From the NCBI RefSeq assembly GCF_058153355.1, contig NZ_CM177019.1: DNA of 64,000 nt. One strand, written 5' to 3'. The translations under genes were made by a program, and so were the position numbers. Positions 22,009 through 34,037 of the stretch are shown piece after piece (positions within the stretch are counted from its first letter, which is position 1; each line of letters starts with the position of its first letter). The notes beneath the pieces were generated by a model. The model searched no databases and had not been told where the DNA came from. It worked only from the letters and a program-made list of their open reading frames with translations.

Positions 22009-22547
22009 TGAACCCGCCAATTAATTTTTTGCCCTGGCGACAGCAACGCCGGACCGCTTTTCTTCGTTTCTGGTTGCTGATGTTCGTTGCGCCTCTGCTG
22101 CTGACCGTCGGGATAACGCTAATATTGCGTCTGACAAGCAACGCCGAAGCTCGCGTAGATGCCGTTTTGCTTCAGGCGGAACAACAACTCGCCCACAGCT
22201 TACAAATAACGAAACCACGTTTGCTGGAGCGCCAACAAATTCGTGAGCAGCGTTTGCAAAGGCAGCGCCAGCGACAATTTACCCGTGACTGGCAATCTGC
22301 GCTGGAAGCACTGGCGGCGCTTTTACCCGAGCACGCCTGGCTGACAACGATAAGCTGGCAGCAGGGAACGCTGGAGATCAAGGGGCTAACAACAAGCATT
22401 ACCGCGTTAAACGCGCTGGAAACGTCACTCCGCCAGGATGCTTCTTTTCATCTCAATCAGCGGGGGGCCACGCAGCAGGATGCGCAGGGACGCTGGCAAT
22501 TTGAGTATCAGTTAACAAGGAAGGTTAGCGATGGACATGCTCTTTGA
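22008..22547 (+). CDS. hofN: HofN (PilN-like)
   Basis: Start MNPPINFLPWRQQRR at the TGATG overlap with hofM; 179 aa with a single TM. Confidence 0.85.
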   Translation: MNPPINFLPWRQQRRTAFLRFWLLMFVAPLLLTVGITLILRLTSNAEARVDAVLLQAEQQLAHSLQITKPRLLERQQIREQRLQRQRQRQFTRDWQSALEALAALLPEHAWLTTISWQQGTLEIKGLTTSITALNALETSLRQDASFHLNQRGATQQDAQGRWQFEYQLTRKVSDGHAL

Positions 22548-22971
22548 CTGGTGGTTCGCCACATCACCCCGCCTCCGCCAGCTTTGCTGGGCATTCTGGT
22601 TGATGATGTTAGTTACGCTCATTTTTCTGTCATCGACACACCAGGAAGAGAGCGACGCATTAATTCGACTACGGGCAAGTCATTACCAGCAGTGGGCCGC
22701 ACTGTATCGCCTGGTAAACACCACTCCCTTCAGCGAGGAAAAAACGCAGCCCTTTTCGCCACTGGATTTTCAGTTATCCGGCGCGCAACTGGTTTACTGG
22801 CATCCATCCGCGCAGGGAGGTGAGTTGGCGTTGAAAACGCTGTGGGAAGCAGTGCCGTCGGCATTTACACGGCTGGCAGAGCGCAACGTCAGCGTGAGCC
22901 GTTTTTCGTTAAGCGTGGAAGGTGATGACCTTTTGTTCACGCTACAACTGGAGACGCCGCATGAGGGTTAA
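22531..22971 (+). CDS. hofO: HofO (PilO-like)
   Basis: 146-aa ORF overlapping the hofN end; operon position. Confidence 0.8.
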   Translation: MDMLFDWWFATSPRLRQLCWAFWLMMLVTLIFLSSTHQEESDALIRLRASHYQQWAALYRLVNTTPFSEEKTQPFSPLDFQLSGAQLVYWHPSAQGGELALKTLWEAVPSAFTRLAERNVSVSRFSLSVEGDDLLFTLQLETPHEG

Positions 22972-23365
22972 ACGCTGGTTGTTGGCAGGTATTGCATTGT
23001 GCCTTTTAACCGGTATGCGTGACCCTTTTAAACCGCCGGAAGATCTATGCCGGATTAGCGACCTTAGCCAGTGGCGCTATCAGGGGATGGTAGGGCGAGG
23101 CGAGCGCATCATCGGTGTAATAAAAGATGGGCAAAAAAAATGGCGACGGGTGCAGCAAAACGATGTGCTGGAAAACGGCTGGACGATCTTACAGCTAACG
23201 CCAGACGTACTAACGCTGGGAACCGGGACAAACTGCGAACCGCCACACTGGTTGTGGCAACGGCAAGGAGATACAAATGAAGCAATGGATAGCCGCACTA
23301 CTGTTGATGCTGATACCCGGCGTACAGGCGGCAAAGCCGCAAAAAGTGACGCTGATGGTGGATGA
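22961..23365 (+). CDS. hofP: HofP (PilP-like lipoprotein)
   Basis: Internal start MRVKRWLLAGIALCLLTGM (lipoprotein-type signal); 134 aa. Confidence 0.8.
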   Translation: MRVKRWLLAGIALCLLTGMRDPFKPPEDLCRISDLSQWRYQGMVGRGERIIGVIKDGQKKWRRVQQNDVLENGWTILQLTPDVLTLGTGTNCEPPHWLWQRQGDTNEAMDSRTTVDADTRRTGGKAAKSDADGG

Positions 23366-24515
23366 CGTTCCGGTAGCTCAGGTGTTGCAGGCGCTGGCTG
23401 AACAGGAGAAGTTGAACCTGGTGGTGTCGCCAGACGTCAGCGGTACGGTGTCGTTACATCTAACAGATGTTCCCTGGAAGCAAGCACTACAAACTGTAGT
23501 GAAAAGCGCCGGACTGATAACGCGTCAGGAGGGCAACATTCTCTCGGTGCATTCCGTTGCCTGGCAGAATGACAATATCGCCCGTCAGGAGGCGGAGCAG
23601 GCGCGGGCGCAGGCAAATCTGCCGCTGGAAAATCGCAGTATAACCCTGCAATACGCCGACGCGGGAGAACTGGCGAAAGCGGGGGAGAAGCTACTGAGTG
23701 CCAAAGGGAGTATGACCGTCGATAAACGCACCAATCGCCTTTTGCTGCGAGATAACAAAGCGGCGTTAAGCGCGCTTGAACAGTGGGTAGCGCAAATGGA
23801 TCTGCCGGTCGGGCAGGTTGAGCTGTCGGCGCATATTGTCACCATTAATGAAAAAAGTTTGCGTGAGTTAGGCGTGAAATGGACGTTGGCTGATGCGCAA
23901 CAAGCTGGTGGCGTTGGGCAAGTCACCACGCTTGGCAGCGACCTCTCCGTAGCGACGGCGACAACGCATGTCGGTTTTAACATTGGACGCATTAACGGAC
24001 GTTTACTGGATCTTGAGCTTTCCGCGCTCGAACAAAAACAGCAGCTGGATATTATCGCCAGTCCGCGTCTGCTGGCCTCACATCTTCAGCCTGCCAGCAT
24101 TAAACAGGGGAGTGAAATTCCATATCAGGTTTCCAGCGGGGAAAGTGGCGCGACGTCGGTGGAATTTAAAGAGGCCGTCCTGGGGATGGAAGTTACGCCC
24201 ACGGTGTTACAAAAAGGTCGCATCCGGCTGAAATTACACATCAGCCAGAACGTTCCGGGGCAGGTGCTACAGCAGGCCGATGGCGAAGTGCTGGCGATTG
24301 ATAAGCAGGAGATCGAAACGCAGGTCGAGGTCAAAAGCGGAGAAACGTTGGCGCTGGGTGGCATTTTTACCCGTAAAAATAAATCGGGTCAGGATAGCGT
24401 ACCGTTGCTTGGCGACATTCCCTGGTTCGGGCAATTATTTCGTCATGACGGAAAAGAAGATGAACGACGCGAGTTAGTGGTGTTTATCACGCCACGACTG
24501 GTTTCCAGTGAGTAA
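23277..24515 (+). CDS. hofQ: Secretin HofQ (PilQ/GspD family outer-membrane channel)
   Basis: 412 aa with signal peptide MKQWIAALLLMLIPGVQA and a secretin C-domain (…LGGIFTRKNKSGQDSVPLLGDIPWFGQLFR). Confidence 0.9.
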   Translation: MKQWIAALLLMLIPGVQAAKPQKVTLMVDDVPVAQVLQALAEQEKLNLVVSPDVSGTVSLHLTDVPWKQALQTVVKSAGLITRQEGNILSVHSVAWQNDNIARQEAEQARAQANLPLENRSITLQYADAGELAKAGEKLLSAKGSMTVDKRTNRLLLRDNKAALSALEQWVAQMDLPVGQVELSAHIVTINEKSLRELGVKWTLADAQQAGGVGQVTTLGSDLSVATATTHVGFNIGRINGRLLDLELSALEQKQQLDIIASPRLLASHLQPASIKQGSEIPYQVSSGESGATSVEFKEAVLGMEVTPTVLQKGRIRLKLHISQNVPGQVLQQADGEVLAIDKQEIETQVEVKSGETLALGGIFTRKNKSGQDSVPLLGDIPWFGQLFRHDGKEDERRELVVFITPRLVSSE

Positions 24516-24915
24516 ACAGCCGTAAAAGCGGTAATGTTTTTACGCTGAACGTGTTTCATCTATTTGACGCGCGCAGGTATTTAGCATACAAGGAGTACCG
24601 ATTTGAGAGTTGGTGCTCTTCGCTGCCTGCGTTCCATGATGATGATTTATCATTCAGGCGGCATTTTGCTGTCTTTTTTACGCTAATCTTACCCGGTGAT
24701 TTATCGCCAGAGCGGTGGTAGCAAGGCAGCGCGCTTGCAGCGACCAGATATGCAGAGGGATGGGTGATTTATTCAGTTGCCAAACCCGCTGGAGTATTGA
24801 GATAATTTTCAGTCTGACTCTCGCAATATCTTATGAGGTTTCAGTTCATGTCCTGCGGCGCTCTCTGAGCGAAGCGGGTTTATCATTAACGAATAGTCTT
24901 AGTAGTACCGAAAAA

Positions 24916-25437
24916 ATGGCAGAGAAACGCAATATCTTTCTGGTTGGGCCTATGGGTGCCGGAAAAAGCACTATTGGGCGCCAGTTAGCTCAACAACTCA
25001 ATATGGAATTTTACGATTCCGATCAAGAGATTGAGAAACGAACCGGAGCTGATGTGGGCTGGGTTTTCGATTTAGAAGGCGAAGAAGGCTTCCGCGATCG
25101 CGAAGAAAAGGTCATCAATGAGTTGACCGAGAAACAGGGTATTGTGCTGGCTACTGGCGGCGGCTCTGTGAAATCCCGCGAAACGCGTAACCGTCTTTCC
25201 GCTCGTGGCGTTGTCGTTTATCTTGAAACGACCATCGAAAAGCAACTTGCACGCACGCAGCGTGATAAAAAACGCCCGTTGCTGCACGTTGAAACACCGC
25301 CGCGTGAAGTTCTGGAAGCGTTGGCCAATGAACGCAATCCGCTGTATGAAGAGATTGCCGACGTGACCATTCGTACTGATGATCAAAGCGCTAAAGTGGT
25401 CGCAAACCAGATTATTCACATGCTGGAAAGCAACTAA
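24916..25437 (+). CDS. aroK: Shikimate kinase I
   Basis: [28 protein letters not shown] (P-loop), 173 aa; the 67-codon upstream extension in the track ORF is rejected. Confidence 0.95.
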   Translation: MAEKRNIFLVGPMGAGKSTIGRQLAQQLNMEFYDSDQEIEKRTGADVGWVFDLEGEEGFRDREEKVINELTEKQGIVLATGGGSVKSRETRNRLSARGVVVYLETTIEKQLARTQRDKKRPLLHVETPPREVLEALANERNPLYEEIADVTIRTDDQSAKVVANQIIHMLESN

Positions 25438-25493
25438 TTCTGGCTTTATATACACTCGTCTGCGGGTACAGTAATTAAGGTGGATGTCGCGTT

Positions 25494-26582
25494 ATGGAGA
25501 GGATTGTCGTTACTCTCGGGGAACGTAGTTACCCAATTACCATCGCATCTGGTTTGTTTAATGAACCAGCTTCATTCTTACCGCTGAAATCGGGCGAGCA
25601 GGTTATGTTGGTCACCAACGAAACCCTAGCTCCTCTGTATCTCGATAAGGTCCGCGGCGTACTTGAACAGGCGGGTGTTAACGTCGATAGCGTTATCCTC
25701 CCTGACGGCGAGCAGTATAAAAGCCTGGCTGTACTCGATACCGTTTTTACGGCGTTGTTACAAAAGCCGCATGGTCGCGATACTACGCTGGTGGCGCTTG
25801 GCGGCGGCGTAGTGGGCGATCTGACCGGCTTCGCGGCGGCGAGTTATCAGCGTGGTGTACGTTTCATTCAAGTCCCGACGACGTTACTGTCGCAGGTCGA
25901 TTCCTCCGTTGGCGGCAAAACTGCGGTCAACCATCCCCTCGGTAAAAACATGATTGGCGCGTTCTACCAGCCAGCTTCAGTGGTAGTGGATCTCGACTGT
26001 CTGAAAACGCTTCCCCCGCGTGAGTTAGCGTCGGGGCTGGCAGAAGTCATCAAATACGGCATTATTCTTGACGGTGCGTTTTTTAACTGGCTGGAAGAGA
26101 ATCTGGATGCGTTGTTGCGTCTGGACGGTCCGGCAATGGCGTACTGTATTCGCCGTTGTTGTGAACTGAAGGCAGAAGTTGTCGCCGCCGACGAGCGCGA
26201 AACCGGGTTACGTGCTTTACTGAATCTGGGACACACCTTTGGTCATGCCATTGAAGCTGAAATGGGGTATGGCAATTGGTTACACGGTGAAGCGGTTGCT
26301 GCGGGTATGGTGATGGCGGCGCGGACGTCGGAACGTCTCGGGCAGTTTAGTTCTGCCGAAACGCAGCGTATTATAACCCTGCTCACGCGGGCTGGGTTAC
26401 CGGTCAATGGGCCGCGCGAAATGTCCGCGCAGGCGTATTTACCGCATATGCTGCGTGACAAGAAAGTCCTTGCGGGAGAGATGCGCTTAATTCTTCCGTT
26501 GGCAATTGGTAAGAGTGAAGTTCGCAGCGGCGTTTCGCACGAGCTTGTTCTTAATGCCATTGCCGATTGTCAATTAGCGTAA
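25494..26582 (+). CDS. aroB: 3-dehydroquinate synthase
   Basis: 362 aa, [22 protein letters not shown]...; operon position after aroK. Confidence 0.95.
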   Translation: MERIVVTLGERSYPITIASGLFNEPASFLPLKSGEQVMLVTNETLAPLYLDKVRGVLEQAGVNVDSVILPDGEQYKSLAVLDTVFTALLQKPHGRDTTLVALGGGVVGDLTGFAAASYQRGVRFIQVPTTLLSQVDSSVGGKTAVNHPLGKNMIGAFYQPASVVVDLDCLKTLPPRELASGLAEVIKYGIILDGAFFNWLEENLDALLRLDGPAMAYCIRRCCELKAEVVAADERETGLRALLNLGHTFGHAIEAEMGYGNWLHGEAVAAGMVMAARTSERLGQFSSAETQRIITLLTRAGLPVNGPREMSAQAYLPHMLRDKKVLAGEMRLILPLAIGKSEVRSGVSHELVLNAIADCQLA

Positions 26583-26673
26583 CAACAAGAAAGGTCAGGC
26601 CGCTTATCAAGCGGTCTATTAGCTTCAGGTTAATTGCAACGTGGTAAGCATTAACCTTTTAGTGGGGTGTTAA

Positions 26674-27960
26674 ATGGATGAATTCAAACCAGAAGACGAG
26701 CTGAAACCCGATCCCAGCGATCGTCGTACTGGTCGTTCTCGTCAATCTTCTGAACGTTCTGAGCGTACTGAACGTGGCGAACCGCAGATCAATTTTGATG
26801 ATATTGAACTTGATGACACTGACGATCGCCGTCCGACTCGTGCGCAAAAAGAGCGCAATGAGGAACCGGAAATCGAAGAAGAAATTGACGAATCCGAAGA
26901 TGAAACCGTGGATGAAGAGCGCGTAGAGCGTCGTCCGCGTAAGCGCAAAAAAGCAGCCAGTAAACCCGCTTCTCGTCAGTATATGATGATGGGCGTCGGC
27001 ATTCTGGTTCTCCTGCTGTTGATCATCGGTATCGGTTCTGCGCTAAAAGCCCCCTCGACCTCTTCCAGCGATCAAACCGCGTCTGGCGAGAAGAGTATTG
27101 ATCTTGCTGGCAATGCGACCGATCAGGCGAATGGCGTGCAGCCAGCGCCGGGAACCACGTCTGCGGAAAATACTCAGCAGGATGTTTCTCTGCCGCCGAT
27201 CTCTTCTACGCCGACTCAAGGGCAAACCCCGGCGGCAACGGATGGTCAACAACGTGTTGAAGTGCAGGGTGACCTGAACAATGCGCTGACCCAGCCACAA
27301 AATCAGCAACAGTTGAATAATGTGGCGGTCAATTCCACGTTGCCGACTGAACCCGCGACGGTCGCGCCTGTTCGCAATGGCAATGCATCGCGTGACACGG
27401 CGAAAACGCAAACCGCTGAACGTCCGGCCACTACGCGTCCAGCTCGCCAGCAGGCGGTGATTGAACCGAAAAAACCGCAAGCAACCGTGAAAACGGAACC
27501 GAAGCCGGTAACACAGACGCCGAAGCGTACTGAACCAGCTGCTCCTGTGGCGAGCACGAAGGCACCGGCTGCGACCTCTACGCCAGCACCAAAAGAGACC
27601 GCAACTACGGCTCCAGTACAGACGGCATCCCCGGCGCAAACCACGGCAACAACAGCCGCTGGAGGGAAGACCGCAGGTAATGTTGGTTCGTTGAAATCGG
27701 CACCGTCCAGCCATTACACTCTGCAGCTGAGCAGTTCCTCTAACTACGACAACCTGAACGGTTGGGCGAAGAAAGAGAATCTGAAAAACTACGTTGTCTA
27801 TGAAACGACGCGTAATGGTCAGCCGTGGTATGTCCTGGTTTCTGGCGTGTACGCTTCGAAAGAAGAGGCGAAAAAAGCGGTATCTACATTGCCAGCAGAT
27901 GTCCAGGCCAAAAACCCGTGGGCGAAACCGCTGCGTCAGGTACAGGCCGATCTGAAGTAA
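26674..27960 (+). CDS. damX: Cell-division protein DamX (SPOR domain)
   Basis: 428 aa with an acidic N-terminus, a single TM, a long P/T/A/Q-rich low-complexity linker and a C-terminal SPOR-like domain. Confidence 0.9.
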   Translation: MDEFKPEDELKPDPSDRRTGRSRQSSERSERTERGEPQINFDDIELDDTDDRRPTRAQKERNEEPEIEEEIDESEDETVDEERVERRPRKRKKAASKPASRQYMMMGVGILVLLLLIIGIGSALKAPSTSSSDQTASGEKSIDLAGNATDQANGVQPAPGTTSAENTQQDVSLPPISSTPTQGQTPAATDGQQRVEVQGDLNNALTQPQNQQQLNNVAVNSTLPTEPATVAPVRNGNASRDTAKTQTAERPATTRPARQQAVIEPKKPQATVKTEPKPVTQTPKRTEPAAPVASTKAPAATSTPAPKETATTAPVQTASPAQTTATTAAGGKTAGNVGSLKSAPSSHYTLQLSSSSNYDNLNGWAKKENLKNYVVYETTRNGQPWYVLVSGVYASKEEAKKAVSTLPADVQAKNPWAKPLRQVQADLK

Positions 27961-28066
27961 TCAAGGTTATCTCCCGCAATGGTTTATCATCGCGGGAGTT
28001 GCCTGAAGCGCTGGATGCTGTCGGAGCTTTCTCCACAGCCGGAGAAGGTGTAATTAGTTAGTCAGC

Positions 28067-28903
28067 ATGAAGAAAAATCGCGCTTTTTTGAAGTGGGCAG
28101 GGGGCAAGTATCCCCTGCTTGATGATATTAAACGGCATTTGCCCAAGGGCGAATGTCTGGTTGAGCCTTTTGTAGGTGCCGGGTCGGTGTTTCTCAACAC
28201 CGACTTTTCTCGTTATATCCTTGCCGATATCAATAGCGACCTGATCAGTCTCTATAACATTGTGAAGATGCGTACTGATGAGTACGTACAGGCCGCACGC
28301 GAGCTGTTTGTTCCCGAAACAAATTGCGCCGAGGTTTACTATCAGTTCCGCGAAGAGTTCAACAAAAGCCAGGATCCGTTCCGTCGGGCGGTACTGTTTT
28401 TATATTTGAACCGCTACGGTTACAACGGCCTGTGTCGTTACAATCTGCGCGGTGAGTTTAACGTGCCGTTTGGCCGCTACAAAAAACCCTATTTCCCGGA
28501 AGCAGAGTTGTATCACTTCGCTGAAAAAGCGCAGAATGCCTTTTTCTATTGTGAGTCTTACGCCGATAGCATGGCGCGCGCAGATGATGCATCCGTCGTC
28601 TATTGCGATCCGCCTTATGCGCCGCTGTCTGCGACCGCCAACTTTACGGCGTATCACACAAACAGTTTTACGCTTGAACAACAAGCGCATCTGGCGGAGA
28701 TCGCCGAAGGTCTGGTTGAGCGCCATATTCCAGTGCTGATCTCCAATCACGATACGATGTTAACGCGTGAGTGGTATCAGCGCGCAAAATTGCATGTCGT
28801 CAAAGTTCGACGCAGTATAAGCAGCAACGGCGGCACACGTAAAAAGGTGGACGAACTGCTGGCTTTGTACAAACCAGGAGTCGTTTCACCCGCGAAAAAA
28901 TAA
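28067..28903 (+). CDS. dam: DNA adenine methyltransferase (GATC-specific)
   Basis: 278 aa, [18 protein letters not shown]..., with the DPPY catalytic motif ([10 protein letters not shown]). Confidence 0.95.
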
Positions 28904-28920
28904 TTCTCAAGGAGAAGCGG

Positions 28921-29598
28921 ATGAAACAGTATTTGATTGCCCCCTCAATTCTGTCGGCTGATTTTGCCCGCCTGGGTGAAGATACCGCAAAAGCCCTGGC
29001 AGCTGGCGCTGATGTCGTGCATTTTGACGTCATGGATAACCACTATGTTCCCAATCTGACGATTGGGCCGATGGTGCTGAAATCTCTGCGTAATTATGGC
29101 ATTACTGCCCCTATTGATGTGCATCTGATGGTGAAACCGGTCGATCGCATTGTGCCAGATTTCGCTGCCGCTGGTGCCAGCATCATAACCTTTCATCCAG
29201 AAGCCTCCGAGCATGTTGACCGCACGCTGCAACTGATTAAAGAAAATGGCTGTAAAGCGGGGCTGGTATTTAACCCGGCGACACCGCTGAGCTATCTGGA
29301 TTACGTGATGGATAAGCTGGATGTGATCCTGCTGATGTCCGTCAACCCTGGTTTCGGCGGTCAGTCTTTCATTCCTCAAACACTGGATAAACTGCGCGAA
29401 GTACGTCGTCGTATCGACGAGTCTGGCTTCGACATTCGACTGGAAGTGGACGGCGGCGTGAAGGTGAACAACATTGGCGAAATCGCTGCGGCAGGTGCCG
29501 ATATGTTCGTCGCTGGTTCGGCCATTTTCGATCAGCCAGACTACAAAAAGGTCATTGATGAAATGCGCAGTGAACTGGCAAAGGTAAGTCATGAATAA
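28921..29598 (+). CDS. rpe: Ribulose-phosphate 3-epimerase
   Basis: 225 aa, [21 protein letters not shown]... Confidence 0.95.
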   Translation: MKQYLIAPSILSADFARLGEDTAKALAAGADVVHFDVMDNHYVPNLTIGPMVLKSLRNYGITAPIDVHLMVKPVDRIVPDFAAAGASIITFHPEASEHVDRTLQLIKENGCKAGLVFNPATPLSYLDYVMDKLDVILLMSVNPGFGGQSFIPQTLDKLREVRRRIDESGFDIRLEVDGGVKVNNIGEIAAAGADMFVAGSAIFDQPDYKKVIDEMRSELAKVSHE

Positions 29599-30349
29599 GT
29601 TTGAAGATATTCGCGGCGTCGCTTTTGATCTCGATGGTACGCTGGTGGACAGTGCTCCTGGTCTGGCTGCTGCGGTAGATATGGCGCTGTATGCGCTGGA
29701 GTTGCCCGTCGCAGGTGAAGAGCGTGTTATTACCTGGATTGGTAATGGCGCAGATGTTCTGATGGAGCGTGCATTGACCTGGGCGCGTCAGGAACGTGCG
29801 ACTCTGCGTAAAACGATGGGCAAACCGCCTGTTGATGACGATATTCCGGCAGAAGAACAGGTACGTATTCTGCGTAAACTGTTTGATCGCTACTATGGAG
29901 AGGTTGCCGAAGAGGGGACGTTTTTGTTCCCACACGTTGCCGATACGCTGGGCGCATTGCAGGCTAAAGGCCTGCCGCTAGGCCTGGTTACCAACAAACC
30001 GACTCCGTTCGTCGCGCCGCTGCTCGAAGCCTTAGATATCGCCAAATACTTCAGCGTGGTGATTGGTGGTGATGATGTGCAAAACAAAAAACCGCATCCG
30101 GACCCACTGTTACTGGTGGCTGAGCGGATGGGCATTGCCCCACAACAGATGCTGTTTGTTGGCGACTCACGCAATGATATTCAGGCAGCAAAAGCGGCCG
30201 GTTGCCCTTCTGTTGGTTTAACCTATGGATATAACTACGGCGAGGCTATCGATCTTAGCCAGCCTGATGTAATTTATCAGTCTATCAATGACCTTCTGCC
30301 CGCACTAGGGCTTCCGCATAGCGAAAATCAGGAATCGAAAAATGACTAA
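29591..30349 (+). CDS. gph: Phosphoglycolate phosphatase (HAD family)
   Basis: 252 aa with the HAD motif [10 protein letters not shown]; overlaps the rpe end. Confidence 0.95.
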   Translation: MNKFEDIRGVAFDLDGTLVDSAPGLAAAVDMALYALELPVAGEERVITWIGNGADVLMERALTWARQERATLRKTMGKPPVDDDIPAEEQVRILRKLFDRYYGEVAEEGTFLFPHVADTLGALQAKGLPLGLVTNKPTPFVAPLLEALDIAKYFSVVIGGDDVQNKKPHPDPLLLVAERMGIAPQQMLFVGDSRNDIQAAKAAGCPSVGLTYGYNYGEAIDLSQPDVIYQSINDLLPALGLPHSENQESKND

Positions 30350-31346
30350 GCCCATCGTTTTTAGTGGCGCACAGCCCTCAGGTGAATTGACCATTGGTAA
30401 CTACATGGGTGCGCTGCGTCAGTGGGTAAACATGCAGGATGACTACCATTGCATTTACTGTATCGTTGACCAACACGCGATCACCGTGCGCCAGGATGCA
30501 CAGAAGCTGCGTAAAGCGACGCTGGATACGCTGGCCTTGTATCTGGCTTGTGGTATCGATCCTGAGAAAAGCACCATTTTTGTTCAGTCCCACGTGCCGG
30601 AACATGCGCAGTTAGGCTGGGCACTGAACTGCTATACCTACTTCGGCGAACTGAGCCGCATGACGCAGTTTAAAGATAAATCTGCGCGTTATGCTGAGAA
30701 TATCAACGCGGGTCTGTTTGACTATCCGGTGCTGATGGCGGCGGATATCCTACTGTATCAAACCAACCTGGTGCCGGTGGGTGAAGACCAGAAACAGCAC
30801 CTGGAACTGAGCCGCGATATCGCCCAGCGTTTCAACGCGCTGTATGGCGATATTTTTAAAGTACCGGAGCCGTTTATTCCGAAATCTGGCGCGCGCGTAA
30901 TGTCGCTGCTGGAGCCGACCAAGAAGATGTCCAAGTCTGACGATAACCGCAATAACGTTATCGGCCTGCTGGAAGACCCGAAATCGGTAGTGAAGAAAAT
31001 CAAACGCGCGGTCACTGACTCCGACGAGCCGCCGGTAGTTCGCTACGATGTGCAGAATAAAGCGGGCGTTTCCAACCTGCTGGATATTCTTTCTGCGGTA
31101 ACTGGCCAGAGTATCCCGGAACTGGAAAAACAGTTCGAAGGCAAGATGTATGGTCATCTGAAAGGCGAAGTGGCTGATGCCGTTTCTGGTATGCTGACTG
31201 AATTGCAGGAACGTTATCACCGTTTCCGCAACGACGAAGCCTTCCTGCAACAGGTCATGAAAGACGGCGCAGAAAAAGCCAGTGCACACGCTTCCCGGAC
31301 GCTGAAAGCGGTTTACGAAGCGATTGGTTTTGTGGCGAAGCCGTAA
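30342..31346 (+). CDS. trpS: Tryptophan--tRNA ligase
   Basis: 334 aa, class I aaRS with the KMSKS motif (KKMSKSDDN). Confidence 0.95.
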   Translation: MTKPIVFSGAQPSGELTIGNYMGALRQWVNMQDDYHCIYCIVDQHAITVRQDAQKLRKATLDTLALYLACGIDPEKSTIFVQSHVPEHAQLGWALNCYTYFGELSRMTQFKDKSARYAENINAGLFDYPVLMAADILLYQTNLVPVGEDQKQHLELSRDIAQRFNALYGDIFKVPEPFIPKSGARVMSLLEPTKKMSKSDDNRNNVIGLLEDPKSVVKKIKRAVTDSDEPPVVRYDVQNKAGVSNLLDILSAVTGQSIPELEKQFEGKMYGHLKGEVADAVSGMLTELQERYHRFRNDEAFLQQVMKDGAEKASAHASRTLKAVYEAIGFVAKP

Positions 31347-31361
31347 TTTAACATTAATGCC

Positions 31362-31387
31362 AAAAACCGGGGAAACCCGGTTTTTTA
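31362..31387 (+). terminator. Intrinsic terminator after trpS
   Basis: aaaaaccggggaaacccggtttttt. Confidence 0.8.
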
Positions 31388-31505
31388 TCCTCTTTTCGCA
31401 ACAACCCGAAAAAATGTGAAGTGCCTCGCCGTTTCCACATCTCATAGTTGCCACTTATCTTCAATTTAATGAAGATATAAATATTCACTTTATTGAAAAT
31501 TTACT

Positions 31506-32411
31506 ATGCGTCGAACGTTTATCAAAAAAGAAGGCGTCGTCATCACGACTCTGGCTCGTTATCTGTTAGGTGAAAAGTGCGGTAATCGACTGAAAACCAT
31601 AGATGAACTGGCAACTGAATGCCATTCATCGGTTGGTCTGACACAGGCCGCATTGAAAACACTGGAATCTGGCGGCGCGATACGGATAGAACGCCGTGGG
31701 CGCAATGGCAGTTATCTGGTGGAAATGGATAACAAAGCGCTGCTGAGTCATGTGGATATCAATAACGTTGTGTGTGCCATGCCTTTGCCCTATACCCGCT
31801 TGTACGAAGGTTTAGCAAGCGGGCTGAAAGCCCAGTTTGATGGCATTCCTTTTTACTATGCGCATATGCGCGGCGCGGATATTCGTGTGGAGTGTTTACT
31901 TAACGGCGTGTATGACATGGCGGTGGTTTCCCGACTGGCGGCGGAAAGTTATCTCACGCAAAAAGGGTTATGCCTCGCGCTGGAGTTGGGGCCGCATACC
32001 TACGTTGGCGAGCACCAGTTGATTTGCCGTAAAGGCGAGTCCGCAAACGTGAAGCGCGTGGGGCTGGATAACCGTTCGGCGGATCAGAAAATCATGACCG
32101 ATGTCTTTTTTGGCGATAGTGATGTGGAACGAGTCGATCTCTCTTATCACGAGAGTTTACAACGCATTGTTAAAGGCGATGTTGATGCTGTTATCTGGAA
32201 CGTGGTGGCAGAAAACGAACTGACCATGCTGGGATTAGAAGCGACGCCGCTCACAGACGATCCGCGATTTTTACAGGCCACCGAAGCCGTGGTTTTGACG
32301 CGTGCCGATGATTACCCAATGCAACAACTGCTGCGTGCAGTGGTTGATAAACAGGCCCTGCTTGCCCATCAACAACGAGTGGTGAGTGGGGAACAGGAAC
32401 CCAGTTATTAA
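31506..32411 (+). CDS. yhfZ: Putative transcriptional regulator YhfZ
   Basis: 301-aa ORF; the N-terminus is HTH-like; occupies the K-12 yhfZ position next to trpS. Confidence 0.8.
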   Translation: MRRTFIKKEGVVITTLARYLLGEKCGNRLKTIDELATECHSSVGLTQAALKTLESGGAIRIERRGRNGSYLVEMDNKALLSHVDINNVVCAMPLPYTRLYEGLASGLKAQFDGIPFYYAHMRGADIRVECLLNGVYDMAVVSRLAAESYLTQKGLCLALELGPHTYVGEHQLICRKGESANVKRVGLDNRSADQKIMTDVFFGDSDVERVDLSYHESLQRIVKGDVDAVIWNVVAENELTMLGLEATPLTDDPRFLQATEAVVLTRADDYPMQQLLRAVVDKQALLAHQQRVVSGEQEPSY

Positions 32412-32427
32412 ATGAAAGGCATCTGAA

Positions 32428-32790
32428 ATGGAAACCAGACTCAACCTGCTTTGCGAGGCAGGCGTTATTGATAAGGACATCTGCAAAGGCATGATGCAGG
32501 TCGTTAAGGTACTGGAAAGCGAATGCCATTTGCCAGTGCGCAGTGAGCAAGGAACCATGGCGATGACGCATATGGCGAGTGCACTGATGCGCAGTCGCCG
32601 TGGTGAAGAAATAGAGCCGCTGGATAACGAATTGCTGGCAGAGCTGGCGCAATCCAGCCACTGGCCAGCCATTTTGCAATTGCATCAGGTGTTGTTGAAG
32701 GAATTCGCGCTGGAAGTTAACCCGTGTGAAGAAGGCTATTTGCTGGCCAACCTTTATGGATTATGGATGGCTGCTAACGAAGAGGTTTGA
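32428..32790 (+). CDS. yhfY: PRD-domain-like protein YhfY
   Basis: 120-aa ORF, second gene of the yhf cluster. Confidence 0.8.
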   Translation: METRLNLLCEAGVIDKDICKGMMQVVKVLESECHLPVRSEQGTMAMTHMASALMRSRRGEEIEPLDNELLAELAQSSHWPAILQLHQVLLKEFALEVNPCEEGYLLANLYGLWMAANEEV

Positions 32791-32873
32791 GGCTCCCGAC
32801 AAATCCACGTCGCACAACCTAAATATTCAAAAAAATGAATGTTTAATTCAAGGAACAGAAACGAGGCAACAAG

Positions 32874-34037
32874 ATGTTTGTAGAAGCATTGAAACGCCAG
32901 AACCCGGCACTGATTTCCGCCGCACTAAGATTGTGGCAACAGGGCAAGATCGCCCCGGACAGTTGGGTAATCGACGTGGATCAGATACTGGAAAACGGTA
33001 AGCGGCTGATTGAGACGGCGCGGCTTTACGGTATTGAACTGTATCTGATGACCAAACAGTTCGGTCGTAATCCGTGGTTGGCAGAAAAACTGCTGGCGCT
33101 GGGCTACAGCGGCATTGTGGCGGTGGATTACAAAGAGGCACGAATCATGCGCCGCGCAGGTTTACCGGTGGCGCATCAGGGGCATCTGGTACAAATCCCT
33201 TGTCATCAGGTTTCTGACGCCGTTGAACAGGGCACCGACGTCATCACCGTGTTTACACTCGACAAAGCGCGGGAAGTTTCTGCGGCAGCGGTGACGGCCG
33301 GGCGGGTCCAGCCTGTGCTGCTCAAAGTTTATAGCGACGATGATTTTCTTTATCCGGGGCAGGAGAGCGGTTTTGCACAGCATTCGCTGCATGAGGTGGT
33401 TGCTGAAATCCAGAAACTACCGGGGTTACATTTAGCCGGATTAACCCATTTCCCTTGCCTGCTATGGGATGAGGCTGCCGGGAAAGTTTTGCCAACACCG
33501 AACCTCCAGACGCTGGTCAATGCTCGTAACCAACTTCTGAAGTCTGGAGTTGTACTTGAGCAATTAAACGCGCCTTCAGCGACCAGCTGCACTTCGCTGC
33601 CATTACTGGCGGAATACGGTGTGACTCATGCCGAACCCGGCCATGCGCTGACGGGGACGATTCCGGCAAACCAGCAGGGCGACCAACCTGAACGTATCGC
33701 CATGCTTTGGCTGAGCGAAATTTCCCATCACTTCCGTGGCGACAGCTACTGCTACGGCGGCGGTTATTACCGTCGTGGTCACGCGCAACATGCGCTGGTA
33801 TTTACACCAGAAAATCAAAGCATTACTGAAACATATCTCAAAGTCGTAGATGACAGCAGTATCGACTACACCCTGCCGCTGGCAGGCGAGTATCCGGTGA
33901 GCAGTGCAGTGGTGCTCTGTTTTCGCACGCAGATTTTTGTCACCCGTAGCGATGTGGTGCTGGTGTCCGGTATTCACCGTGGCGAACCGGAAATCGTTGG
34001 TCGTTATGACAGTCTTGGAAGCTCTCTGGAGGCGTAA
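32874..34037 (+). CDS. yhfX: Putative PLP-dependent enzyme YhfX (alanine racemase-like fold)
   Basis: 387-aa ORF in conserved order. Confidence 0.8.
   Translation: MFVEALKRQNPALISAALRLWQQGKIAPDSWVIDVDQILENGKRLIETARLYGIELYLMTKQFGRNPWLAEKLLALGYSGIVAVDYKEARIMRRAGLPVAHQGHLVQIPCHQVSDAVEQGTDVITVFTLDKAREVSAAAVTAGRVQPVLLKVYSDDDFLYPGQESGFAQHSLHEVVAEIQKLPGLHLAGLTHFPCLLWDEAAGKVLPTPNLQTLVNARNQLLKSGVVLEQLNAPSATSCTSLPLLAEYGVTHAEPGHALTGTIPANQQGDQPERIAMLWLSEISHHFRGDSYCYGGGYYRRGHAQHALVFTPENQSITETYLKVVDDSSIDYTLPLAGEYPVSSAVVLCFRTQIFVTRSDVVLVSGIHRGEPEIVGRYDSLGSSLEA

Noticed and set aside
24715-24915. N-terminal 67-codon extension of aroK in the ORF track
   Set aside because: AroK begins at [19 protein letters not shown] (ATG 24916); the extension lies in the long leader/promoter region and has no homology to shikimate kinase.
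27043-27714. 223-aa and 113-aa minus-strand ORFs inside damX
   Set aside because: They lie antisense to the low-complexity P/T/A/Q-rich linker of DamX. The Arg/Cys-rich translations are typical shadow ORFs of a repetitive GC-rich coding region.
30750-31454. 234-aa minus-strand ORF overlapping trpS and its terminator
   Set aside because: Antisense to trpS; it would read through the trpS terminator hairpin.
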